From an uncultured Ruficoccus sp. (GTDB taxonomy: Bacteria; Verrucomicrobiota; Verrucomicrobiia; Opitutales; Cerasicoccaceae): a stretch of 64,000 bases of DNA. The position numbers were made by a program, and so were the translations under genes. The notes under the pieces are model-generated. The model was not told where the DNA came from, searched no databases, and saw nothing but the letters and a program-made list of their open reading frames with translations. Location: contig OZ223481.1 of the NCBI GenBank assembly GCA_965140785.1, positions 544,001 through 608,000 on the forward strand, given 5' to 3'. Below, piece by piece: positions 38,706 to 48,099 of this stretch (the first letter of the stretch is position 1; each line of letters starts with the position of its first letter).

Positions 38706-40187
38706 ATGGCCTTAACCTACCCAATGACTTCTCGTATGCTTCAGCGAACTTTCATCCTCGCCACCCTGAGCGTTCTGGCGCTGATCCGGCCCCTGCCCGG
38801 CAAGAACGTCGTCTTCGTGCTCGCCGACGACCTTAGCCCCCGGCTGGAGTGTTATGGCGGCGACGTCATCTCGCCCAACCTGGACAAGCTGGCCGACGAG
38901 GGCTGCCTCTTCGAGCATGCCTACGCCCAGGCGACGATCTGCACGCCCTCCCGCGCGAGTATTATGACCGGTATGCGACCCGACGCCATCGGCACACGCG
39001 ACAACAACTACCGCAAGTCCCGCTTCCGCAATTACCTGCCCGACGTGCAGACCCTGCCGCAGTATTTGCAGCAGTTCGGCTATACCTCAATCGGCCTGGG
39101 CAAGAGCTATGGCCCGCCCGACCCGGACTCGTGGTCCCGGGAGGATCTGGGTGAGGCTCCGGGCATCGAGCAGTACGCCCTGCCGGAGAACCGCGCGACC
39201 TATGAAAAAAACAAGCAAGCGGGCAAACGCGGCTGGTACAACATGGGCCCGCATACGGAATCGGCGGAGGTGCCCGACTCGGCCTACCCGGACGGACGTG
39301 TGACCGACCGGGCGATTGAACTGCTGCACGCGTTGAAGGACGAGCCCTTTTTCCTCTACATCGGCTACCAGCGCCCGCACCGTCCCTTCACCGCGCCGAA
39401 GAAGTACTTCGACCTGTACGCGGACCAGACGCTGGCCTTTCCCGGTCCCGGCGGCTATCCCGAGGGGGCGCCCGAGCTCGCGCTCAAAACCCACTACAGG
39501 TCTGCGCCCCAGCCCGGCGACAAGCGCTACGCCCGCGACTACAACCAGATGCTCGGCCACTACGCGGCCGCCAGCTATGTGGACGCGCTGTTCGGGCGCG
39601 TGATGGAAACCCTGCGGGAGCTCGACCTCGACGAGGAGACACTGGTCATCTTCAGCGCCGACCATGGCTTCCATGTCGGGGAAAACGGCCAGTGGGATAA
39701 GTCCGCGCTTTTTGAAACAACCTGCGCCGTGCCGCTGATCATTCACGTGCCGGGGGACAAGGCTCAGCCTGTGCGGATCACCCAGCCGGTCGAGCTGCTC
39801 GACCTGTACCCGACGGTTCTGGATTTTCTGGAATTGCCCTATCCGCCGCAACTGGCGGGCAAGAGCCTGCTGCCACTCATGACCGGCTCGGGGAAGTCCG
39901 GCAAGGAGGTGGCCTACACCGAAGTCATGCGCAGTGCCGGGGGCAAGAACGCCGCCATGAACTGGGACGGCAGCATCGAGGGCCGTAGCCTCCGCAGCGG
40001 CGATTACCGACTCAACCGCTGGTGGGACGCGCAAACCGGCCAAGTGCTCGCACTGGAGCTTTACGACTACTCTCTGCCTCAACCCGAAACCAAAAACCTG
40101 GCCGACGATCCCGCCTATGCCGACATCCAGGCCCGCCTGCTGGCGCAGCTTGATGCCCAGTGGCCGCTTCTGCCCTCGTCCAATTAA
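38706..40187 (+). CDS. Secreted sulfatase (iduronate/choline-sulfatase-like)
   Basis: CTPSRAS, RPHRPF, ADHG. Confidence 0.9.
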   Translation: MALTYPMTSRMLQRTFILATLSVLALIRPLPGKNVVFVLADDLSPRLECYGGDVISPNLDKLADEGCLFEHAYAQATICTPSRASIMTGMRPDAIGTRDNNYRKSRFRNYLPDVQTLPQYLQQFGYTSIGLGKSYGPPDPDSWSREDLGEAPGIEQYALPENRATYEKNKQAGKRGWYNMGPHTESAEVPDSAYPDGRVTDRAIELLHALKDEPFFLYIGYQRPHRPFTAPKKYFDLYADQTLAFPGPGGYPEGAPELALKTHYRSAPQPGDKRYARDYNQMLGHYAAASYVDALFGRVMETLRELDLDEETLVIFSADHGFHVGENGQWDKSALFETTCAVPLIIHVPGDKAQPVRITQPVELLDLYPTVLDFLELPYPPQLAGKSLLPLMTGSGKSGKEVAYTEVMRSAGGKNAAMNWDGSIEGRSLRSGDYRLNRWWDAQTGQVLALELYDYSLPQPETKNLADDPAYADIQARLLAQLDAQWPLLPSSN

Positions 40188-40192
40188 ATTTC

Positions 40193-42358
40193 ATGTCCCG
40201 TTTACCCTTTATCCCGATGCCGCGATTCGTCCCGATCTTTTCCGCTGCCGCGCTGACCCTGCTCGGCTTGCTCGCCACCGGTTGCGAGCGTGGGCCGCTT
40301 ACCTCCGCTGTCTCATCTGCCCAGACGGAGGACAGCGTGGAAGTTGCGGACGCCACCTCGCCACAGGAGGCCGCCACCGTGGCGCACGTAGAGGAGTTTG
40401 AAGCACCGACTTACCTGCCCGCGCTGGGAGATGAAGACCCGGGCAAGGGACAGCGTTCGCATCGTCGGACCCCGCCGCCGCCGGTGCCTACGCCTGAGGA
40501 AATCGCCGCCATCGCCAAGCACGTGACGAAGCAACCCGTGGGCGTGGGCGTGCCAGCCAGTGACCGGACGGTGTGGGGGGAATTGGCCGCGCAGCCGCAG
40601 GCGCGGGACCTGATCCGGGAGGCCGGGCAGGCCCTCGACGAGCCCATCGCCCCGCTGACGGCGGAGCTGTGGCAGCGCTATGAGAAAACCGGTGATCGCA
40701 CGGCCTACCAGGACGCCTCGACCGCCCGCTATAATCGCCTCCGTGCCCTGGCGCTCGGCGAGGCGTTGGAGTATGAGGGGCGCTTCATCCCGGCCATCGA
40801 GGAGACGCTGACCGCGATATTCGAGCAGGGAGCCTGGAGCGTCCCTGCGCACGGCAAGGGCATGGACGTTTTCGAGGGCGAGCGGATCGTCGTCGATCTG
40901 GCCGCTTCACAACTGTCCTGGACATTGGCTACGGTGGACTATTGGCTGGCTGCCAAACTCCCCGCCGAGGTGCGCGCACGTCTGAAGACCGAAGTCGAGC
41001 GCCGCGTGCTGCATCCATACCTGGAGGCAATCCGCACGGGCCACGCCTTCTGGTGGATGGACGGCACGAATAACTGGAGCGCTGTCTGCTGCGGCTCCAT
41101 CACGGGGGCGGCGCTCAGCCTGGAGCCGGATGTAAATGTGCGTGCTGAGTTCATCGCGGACGCCGAGGTCATCCTCGGGCGCTACATCGACAGCTTCAGC
41201 GACGAGGGCATCAGCGAGGAAGGCATCGGCTACTGGAGCTACGGCTTCTCGCACTTTCTCTATGCCAGTGAGGCGATCCGCCGTTCGACCGGCGGAGCCA
41301 TCGACCTGCTGGATGATGAGAAGGTTTTTCGTGTCAGCCAGTCACCGCTCAGCCTGGAAATCGCCGACAACGTCTACGGCGCCTTCGGCGACCAGTCTGT
41401 CAATGGCAAGCCCGACAAGCAGCTCTACACCTTTGCCGCCCGGCGCTACGGGCTTCGCTGGGCCGAGGACGTGCGCTTTGACCAGATCAGCAAGGGCGTC
41501 TCCCATCCGCTCGGGCCGCACCTGTATTCACTCATTATTCGGACCTTTGGCCAGGATGCTGCGCCCGTGGAGGGCTTTGATATCGAGTCGGGGCAGGCTG
41601 ACGATCGGGCGCTGCGCAGTTGGTTCCCCCAGGGCGAACTGTACATCTGCCGTCCGGGCGACACCGATCAGGATGCCATGAGCGTGGCCATCCGCATCAG
41701 CAACAACGGGGAATCCCACAACCATAATGACGTCGGCAGCTATGTCGTCGTGTACAAGGGAGTGCCCGTGCTGGCCGACCCGGGGATGGAGCGCTACACG
41801 GCGAAATCCTTCGGCCCGCACCGCTACGAGTCGGGCCTGAATAATTCCTTTGGACACCCGGTGCCGTTGGTGGCGAACCGGATGCAGAAGGCCGGGGAAG
41901 AGGCCTTTGGAGAAATCCTCAGCGCCACCCCCGGAGAGCAAACCGACACCCTCGTCATCGATCTGACCGAAGCTTATCGTTCGCCCGGCCTGGAGCAGCT
42001 CATTCGCACGCTTCGCTACGAGCGCCCCGGTAAGGACGGCCCGGGAGCAATCGTCCTCACCGACTGCGTGCGCAACAGCCAGCCCGAGGATTTTTCGATG
42101 GCGTTGATCACGCGGGGAACTTTCACGATCCTCAGCCCCACGACGGTCAAGATCACGGATAGGGGCGTTTCTCTCTACGCACGCGTGGACGCGCAGGGGC
42201 GGCCTTTTGCTTTTGTCGAAAGCCCGATTACGGGCTTCACGAATCCGGACAAGGCCAAAGCCCACCGCCTGGGCATTTATCTGCTCAACCCGGTCGAGGA
42301 GGCCTGTCTCACCGTCACCGTCACCCCTACGCCTCCCGACGACACGCCTTCCAAATAA
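40193..42358 (+). CDS. Heparinase II/III-family lyase-like lipoprotein
   Basis: LATG-C lipobox; NNWSAVC, EGIGYWSYG, SHNHNDVGS. Confidence 0.8.
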   Translation: MSRLPFIPMPRFVPIFSAAALTLLGLLATGCERGPLTSAVSSAQTEDSVEVADATSPQEAATVAHVEEFEAPTYLPALGDEDPGKGQRSHRRTPPPPVPTPEEIAAIAKHVTKQPVGVGVPASDRTVWGELAAQPQARDLIREAGQALDEPIAPLTAELWQRYEKTGDRTAYQDASTARYNRLRALALGEALEYEGRFIPAIEETLTAIFEQGAWSVPAHGKGMDVFEGERIVVDLAASQLSWTLATVDYWLAAKLPAEVRARLKTEVERRVLHPYLEAIRTGHAFWWMDGTNNWSAVCCGSITGAALSLEPDVNVRAEFIADAEVILGRYIDSFSDEGISEEGIGYWSYGFSHFLYASEAIRRSTGGAIDLLDDEKVFRVSQSPLSLEIADNVYGAFGDQSVNGKPDKQLYTFAARRYGLRWAEDVRFDQISKGVSHPLGPHLYSLIIRTFGQDAAPVEGFDIESGQADDRALRSWFPQGELYICRPGDTDQDAMSVAIRISNNGESHNHNDVGSYVVVYKGVPVLADPGMERYTAKSFGPHRYESGLNNSFGHPVPLVANRMQKAGEEAFGEILSATPGEQTDTLVIDLTEAYRSPGLEQLIRTLRYERPGKDGPGAIVLTDCVRNSQPEDFSMALITRGTFTILSPTTVKITDRGVSLYARVDAQGRPFAFVESPITGFTNPDKAKAHRLGIYLLNPVEEACLTVTVTPTPPDDTPSK

Positions 42359-42377
42359 TACTTTCCTTTCTGCTCCC

Positions 42378-43061
42378 ATGTTCCCCATTAACAACCCGCG
42401 CACCAGATATGGCCTGAGCCGCAACGGGTTTTCCCTGATCGAGCTACTGGTAGCTATCACTGTGCTCGCTATCCTGGCCACGCTCATCGTCGGCGTCAGC
42501 CGGAGCGCCTATATGTCCTCTCAGAAGGCCGTCGCCATGAACGGCCTGCGGTCGATCGGAGGCGCTATTCAGTTGTATGCCCAGGATAACCAGGGCTATC
42601 TGCCCGGCCCGTTGTGGTCATCCGCCAACGCCTTTTATGGCCGAACCGATGAGCGGGCGCTGGGCTATCATCTGGCGCCTTACCTGGGCCTGCCCCAGAC
42701 CGACAGCGGCCCACAGGTCTTTCCACAGGCGAGTTGCCCGCTCTTCGAGGATGTGCGACCGGCCGATGGCACGCCCGCCTATTTTATCACGCAGAGCGTG
42801 ACGCTGCCCGAGGGCAACCGGAACCCCTGGGGCTATCGTTCTAAAAGCCAGAGCGAGGACGAGGGCAGTCGGCCTCAATTGCTTTCCCGCATTATCATGG
42901 AGAGCGATCCAGATACCTGGGCCATGCATGCCGCCGATGCCGGAAACATCACCAATCCTTCCGCCGGCTGGGCTTCGAAGATTTTGCCCGAGCCGCTCTT
43001 CGGCGATGTGAGACTTTATCTGTACTTCGACTGGCACGTGGAATTTGTACCCGTGGAGTAG
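42378..43061 (+). CDS. Prepilin-type N-methylation protein
   Basis: GFSLIELLV; C-terminal YFDWHVE. Confidence 0.88.
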   Translation: MFPINNPRTRYGLSRNGFSLIELLVAITVLAILATLIVGVSRSAYMSSQKAVAMNGLRSIGGAIQLYAQDNQGYLPGPLWSSANAFYGRTDERALGYHLAPYLGLPQTDSGPQVFPQASCPLFEDVRPADGTPAYFITQSVTLPEGNRNPWGYRSKSQSEDEGSRPQLLSRIIMESDPDTWAMHAADAGNITNPSAGWASKILPEPLFGDVRLYLYFDWHVEFVPVE

Positions 43062-43153
43062 AGGCGGCTTTCCCGGTGTGGGGTTCTTCTCCTCCTGCAA
43101 GTCTGGAGACGGGGATTCTATTTGCGTTTCTTTATTCCCAAATAATTTATGTC

Positions 43154-44867
43154 ATGACTCTTGAATACGTTACCCTCGGGGTGTACCTAATCCTCCTTCT
43201 GGTTGTCGGTTCATTGTTCTCGAAAATGAACAAGAACATCAGCGACTTCGCCCGGGGCGGGGCGCAGGGGACGTGGTGGATGGTCGGCACGAGCATGTTC
43301 ATGGGTGGGATCAGCGCGTTTACGTTTACCGGAAACGCCTCGGCGGCCTTCAGTGCGGGGCCGACCTTTCTGGTCATTACCTGGGCAACTGCGTGGGCCT
43401 GGCCCTCTGCATCATCCTCGGGCCGTGGTTCCGGCAGACGCGGGCGACGACCTGGGCGGACGTGATGCGGGAGCGCTTTCATGTCAGCGTGGAACAGTTC
43501 AGCGTGTGTTTCTCGCTTGTCATCCAACCCATCAGCGCGGCCACTCAGCTCTACGCCTTGTCTATTTTTATCTCCGCTATTCTGGGGCTTCCCACGCCGT
43601 GGGTCATCGTCGTGCTCGGGTTTATCGTGCTGTTTTACTCCACCACAGGCGGGCGCTGGGCGTGATGGCGACGGACTTTGTCCAGGGCTGGTGCTGTTTG
43701 CCCTGACCGTGTTGATGTTCGCTCTGGCCCTGCACAAGATCGGCGGCTTCGAAGCCTTTTTCTCCTACTTTCATGATCCGCGCTTCGCCGAGGATTTTAA
43801 GTTCGTAAAGGACCCCGGCCAGTTCGCCGACGACAAATTCACCTGGAAGTGGATTGTCATTGTATTCATTTTGCAACTACAGGGCTACATCAACCTGGGG
43901 ACAGCGGGCCGCTTTCTGTCGGTCAAGGACAGCCGCCACGCACGCTGGGCGGCGATGTGGGCCTGCTTGCTGATGGTTCTGGCTCGGTGGTGTGGTTCGT
44001 GCCGCCGATGGTGGCGCGCTTTCTGTACTCCGAGGAGGTGATGGGCCTGGCGCTGAAGGAGCCGGCTACGGCCAGCTATGCGGTCATCGCCCAGCAGCTC
44101 CTGCCCAACGGGCTGATGGACTGATGCTGGCCGCCATGCTGGCCGCGACCATGAGCAGCATGGATACCGGGCTAAACGGATCGACCGGCGTCATCGTCAA
44201 CAACATTATTCCCCGGCTGCGTGAGCGCCTGGGTAAGGCGCCCCTCAGTGACCGGACGAATATCCGCCTGTGTCGGCTCTCCACCGTCATGCTGGGCGTA
44301 TATATTATCCTGATCGGGCTGCTGCTTGCCTTTCAAAAAGAGCTGGCGCTCTTCGATGCCTACCTGATGATCAACGCCATTATCGGTCTGCCACTGAGCA
44401 TGCCGATTCTGTTGGCCTTCTGGATCAAACGCCTGCACTGGTCCGCTTACTTTATCATTATCGGCACGGCCCTGCTCCCCTCGGCTTACTTCGTCCTGCG
44501 CAGCGCGGTGTGGGGGGAAAACTGGCCCATCCAGGACCGGCTGATGTGGATTTATGCCTTTAGCCTGATCGGGGTCGTTCTGTCGCTGCCGCTGTGGCGA
44601 CGCGCCTCGGCCGCCTACAAGGAGCAGGTGAAAAACTTTTACGAAAAAATGCATCGGCCCGTGGATTTCATTCAGGAGATCGGCACCTCCCGCGACGCCG
44701 CCCAGTACCGAATTTTGGGATGGACGACTTTTATCCTCGGCAGCCTGATCCTGCTCTTTCTCTTCGTGCCGAATGAACTGGCCGCTCGCCTGCAAATCGC
44801 CGGTCTGGCCTGTGCGGTGCTTGGCATCGGTGGCGGGCTCATTTTCCTCGGCCGTCGGCACACCTGA
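43154..44867 (+). CDS. Sodium:solute symporter with about 5 frameshifts
   Basis: SAFTFTG, TGGRWA-VMATDFVQG and AATMSSMDTG found across successive frames. Confidence 0.85.
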
Positions 44868-45170
44868 TCGAGTTACGCAAACTGTGGCTGGAAGTTCTCT
44901 CCTTTGGAGAAGTATTGTCGGACGAGTACGTTGACGTTCTCGACTCCGCCTTTTTCCATGAGTGGTAGGGCTGGCGAAAGTAGCCGGCTGCGCCGAGTGC
45001 TTCAATGAAAAGTTCCGGGCAGACTACCTCCATCGCTCTCTGGTCTTGCTCAGCCCGAGCGACTTTCGAAAACCTTAACCGAAGCAAGGCATCGGTACAG
45101 TTCGGGCTACGCCCTTAACTCCACCGGCGCCGCCGGGCTTGGCGGACCCGAGCCGCCTTTGTACGGGCGA

Positions 45171-47450
45171 TCAGCCAACGCGGTTGCGGCGTCTCCGCCC
45201 CAGGGCGAAGAGCAGAGCGCCTGCGCCAAGGAGGGCAGCAGTCGTACCCGGCTCGGGGACGGCGGAGACATCCAGTCCCAGCCACCAGTTCTCGCCCTGG
45301 TCCTGCTGCATGACGAACTCGCCCAGCAGCCCCTCGACCTCCGAGTTCAGAACAAAACTGGCCAGCTCATTCTCGGTCAGGTCGCGCATGGTTTTGATGA
45401 TGAGAATGACATCTCCGACCTCGACCGAACTGTCCATCGACACGACGGTAATGGTGCGCGAATCCACGTCGTTTTCGGTCATGATAAGCTGCTCGCTGAC
45501 AATCAACTGGTTGGGGTTGGCCGTGCTCAAGGCCAGTTCGATTGTCGTGCCCACTCCCAAGTCAAGCTTGTCGACAGTGAACTGACCGACACCATCCTCG
45601 CCCAGGCGGATACTGCCCTCGGGGTTGAGCCCCAGGGTGGTGGTAACTCCGGCGTCGCTGGTCAGGCTGCCGTTGGCAAACAGTTTTGTCGACGAGGCAA
45701 TGCCCTTGGTCGTCACCAGATCGCAATCGATATAGACCGAGCCGAGCTGAAAATAGGCTCCCGTGGTCAGCGTCTGGTTGCCGCCGATGAACTTGACGGT
45801 CCCGTTTTCCTGGATGTTGATATAGCCATTGGTCTCTGCGCTGCGGTTAAACTCGATGGAGGCTCCGCCGTAAACGACATACTCGGAACTCGTATCGGTG
45901 CCGGTGAACCGCAGCGTCCCCTCCTCGACCTCCGTCAAGCCCGAGTAGGTGTTCGACCCGGAAACGACCAGGGTGCCGGCTCCTGTCTTGACCAACCCGC
46001 CCCGGGCATCGCCGGTCGGGTCGCTCGTGTTGGCGTTCTCGGTGGTCGTCACGCCGGCCCCGCCGAGTCCGGAAACCGTCACCTCGCTGCTGGCAATTGC
46101 GAAGGTGACGTCCGATCCGAAAAAGATATTCTCGCCCACGCCCAGGCCGTTGCCGCCCGACTGGGTTTCATCCTGGCTGATTCCGCCCTGGCCACCGGTG
46201 GCTGAGTTGCCCGAAAAGGAGGCCCCTTCGACGATGAGCGTGGCACCGTTCTGGACATAGACCGCGCCGCCCGCGCCCATGCCGCCGCCCCCGTAGGAAA
46301 CACCGGACGCTCCCTCTTGTTGGGAGGCGTTGCCGGCGCCGAAGCCGCCAGCACCGGGGTCAAGTGAATAGTCGTCGCGATTATCCGAACCGCCACCGCC
46401 GCCGCCGAAGCCGCCCGCACCGCCAGTGGTACTGGAATCGGTCTCACCGCTCGCACTACCGCCGCCGCCGCCGTAGCCGCCCGCACCGCCACTGCCGCTG
46501 CCACCGCCGCCACCGCCACCGCCGAAGCCGCCCACACCGCCGTCATTACTAGAAAACTCGTTCCAAGCCCCATCCTGGCCTCCGCCCCCCCCGCCGCCGC
46601 CGGAGCTTCTCAAAACGGTCCAATCGCTGCCACCACCGCCGCCGCCGGAAGCTCCCCCCGATCCATCGTTACCGTCGGGACCGGCGCCGCCGCCGCCATC
46701 GGCTGCGGTGAGCGCTCCGTCCCCACCGTCCTCGCCGCCGTTGGCCGTGGAACTGCCGCCATCGGCATTGACGCCGAAGCCGCCGCCGCCGCCGGCGCCG
46801 GTCCCGTAAACACCCAGGCCTTCGTCATCGAGATAGCCCTCGCCGCCATTGCCGCCCATGCCGCCCCCACCACCGCCGGTGCCGGCATAGGCCCCCGCGG
46901 AGGCGCCGTTGCCGCCAATGGCCGTATTGTTGGTGAACGACACATTCGAGAGCGTAACCTGGGTCGGGTTGGTGATGTTGCTGCCGCTGATGCCCGCGCC
47001 ATTGAGGACCAGAATCGCACCGCCAGCGCCCATGCCCCCGCCGGCATAGTTAGCGCCGTTGCCGCCGCGGGCATAGCCGTTGGTGATGCCCAGGTCATTG
47101 AACGCCACCTCGCCCCCGGCGACGATAAAGGGTCGGTCCCTCAGGCTCGGGTTCGAGGGGGCCGCGTCGATACTGTGGCCGTTGCCGTTGATCACCAGGT
47201 TGACCCCCTCTTGCAGGCTGATCACGTTGGTCACACTGGCGGTCGTGCTGGCGGAAAGATCGCTCGTCAGGTTAATAATGTAGGTCGTGCCCGCCTCGGT
47301 GAGCGCGTTGGCCGTGTTGATGGACGCCTGAAGTTCCGCGTAGGAACTCACGTTCACGCTCTGGCCCTGCACCCGCAGGCCCGACCAAAGACAGATGGTG
47401 GCCAAAGCGGCCACGCGAAGATGAAGGCGATTGATGGTTCGAAGCTTCAT
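45171..47450 (-). CDS. Gly-rich PEP-CTERM protein with autotransporter beta-strand repeat
   Basis: GGxGG repeats, KTGAGTLVVSGSNTYSG, VPEP-TM-RRRR. Confidence 0.88.
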   Translation of the reverse strand: MKLRTINRLHLRVAALATICLWSGLRVQGQSVNVSSYAELQASINTANALTEAGTTYIINLTSDLSASTTASVTNVISLQEGVNLVINGNGHSIDAAPSNPSLRDRPFIVAGGEVAFNDLGITNGYARGGNGANYAGGGMGAGGAILVLNGAGISGSNITNPTQVTLSNVSFTNNTAIGGNGASAGAYAGTGGGGGGMGGNGGEGYLDDEGLGVYGTGAGGGGGFGVNADGGSSTANGGEDGGDGALTAADGGGGAGPDGNDGSGGASGGGGGGSDWTVLRSSGGGGGGGGQDGAWNEFSSNDGGVGGFGGGGGGGGSGSGGAGGYGGGGGSASGETDSSTTGGAGGFGGGGGGSDNRDDYSLDPGAGGFGAGNASQQEGASGVSYGGGGMGAGGAVYVQNGATLIVEGASFSGNSATGGQGGISQDETQSGGNGLGVGENIFFGSDVTFAIASSEVTVSGLGGAGVTTTENANTSDPTGDARGGLVKTGAGTLVVSGSNTYSGLTEVEEGTLRFTGTDTSSEYVVYGGASIEFNRSAETNGYINIQENGTVKFIGGNQTLTTGAYFQLGSVYIDCDLVTTKGIASSTKLFANGSLTSDAGVTTTLGLNPEGSIRLGEDGVGQFTVDKLDLGVGTTIELALSTANPNQLIVSEQLIMTENDVDSRTITVVSMDSSVEVGDVILIIKTMRDLTENELASFVLNSEVEGLLGEFVMQQDQGENWWLGLDVSAVPEPGTTAALLGAGALLFALGRRRRNRVG

Positions 47451-48099
47451 GTCAGTAGTCGATGGAAGACTGGGGATCAGAATCTAATGGTGTAGGGCGT
47501 CGCGCTGGCGACATTCGGCAGACCCTGTGTTCGTTCCCGTATCAACCAGCACCAGCCCCTTTCGGATTCGAAGGTTTTTGTGCCGGTTAATTAGACCTGT
47601 TAACAGCCGCGTAAATATTAGCATCCGGCATACCAATGCAATAAAAATATGCTTGTGCAATTCATTGTAGTACAATGGCATGTGGGTTGTGTATATTTAA
47701 ATTACGTATTAATTTTATGACCTAGTGTTATGTTATTATTGAAATATAAATAATTGTATATGAGTTCCTCTGGTGGCCGACTGGTTGCAGCGCCAGGACT
47801 GGTCGCGGTTACGGAAGTGAGTCCATTTGCGTCGCTAGTCTGATATTCGGGCAAGGCACCAGAAAATGGAAGGCGAGCGATACCCCCGAACACAAAGTGC
47901 GGATGCTGCGTCGAGCAGATGAGGCTGACGCTGTGAGCCTGTTGATAGCTTTGTCCGTGAGGAAGGGGGGGCGAGACTCCGACCCGTTTGTGTTGATGGA
48001 TGCGATGGCGCGGTGAAGGCATGGATCATCCATGCCTCCCGGTATGGCGCGATGGCTTTTAGGATCGCAAGAGTCTTGATTATTCCATTTTTCAACTCC

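Noticed and set aside
43370..44125. About five frameshifts in the symporter as programmed recoding or pseudogenisation
   Set aside because: Each is repaired by adding one base to a short homopolymer (e.g. att-[t]ac, cag-gg[g], atg-[g]ga), the signature of long-read error; the gene is probably intact
46250..47070. GCC-rich repeats as a DNA repeat array
   Set aside because: Explained by Gly codons of the PEP-CTERM protein
47770..48090. Possible ncRNA or riboswitch upstream of the kinase
   Set aside because: No recognisable consensus or convincing structure by eye; an Rfam search is needed
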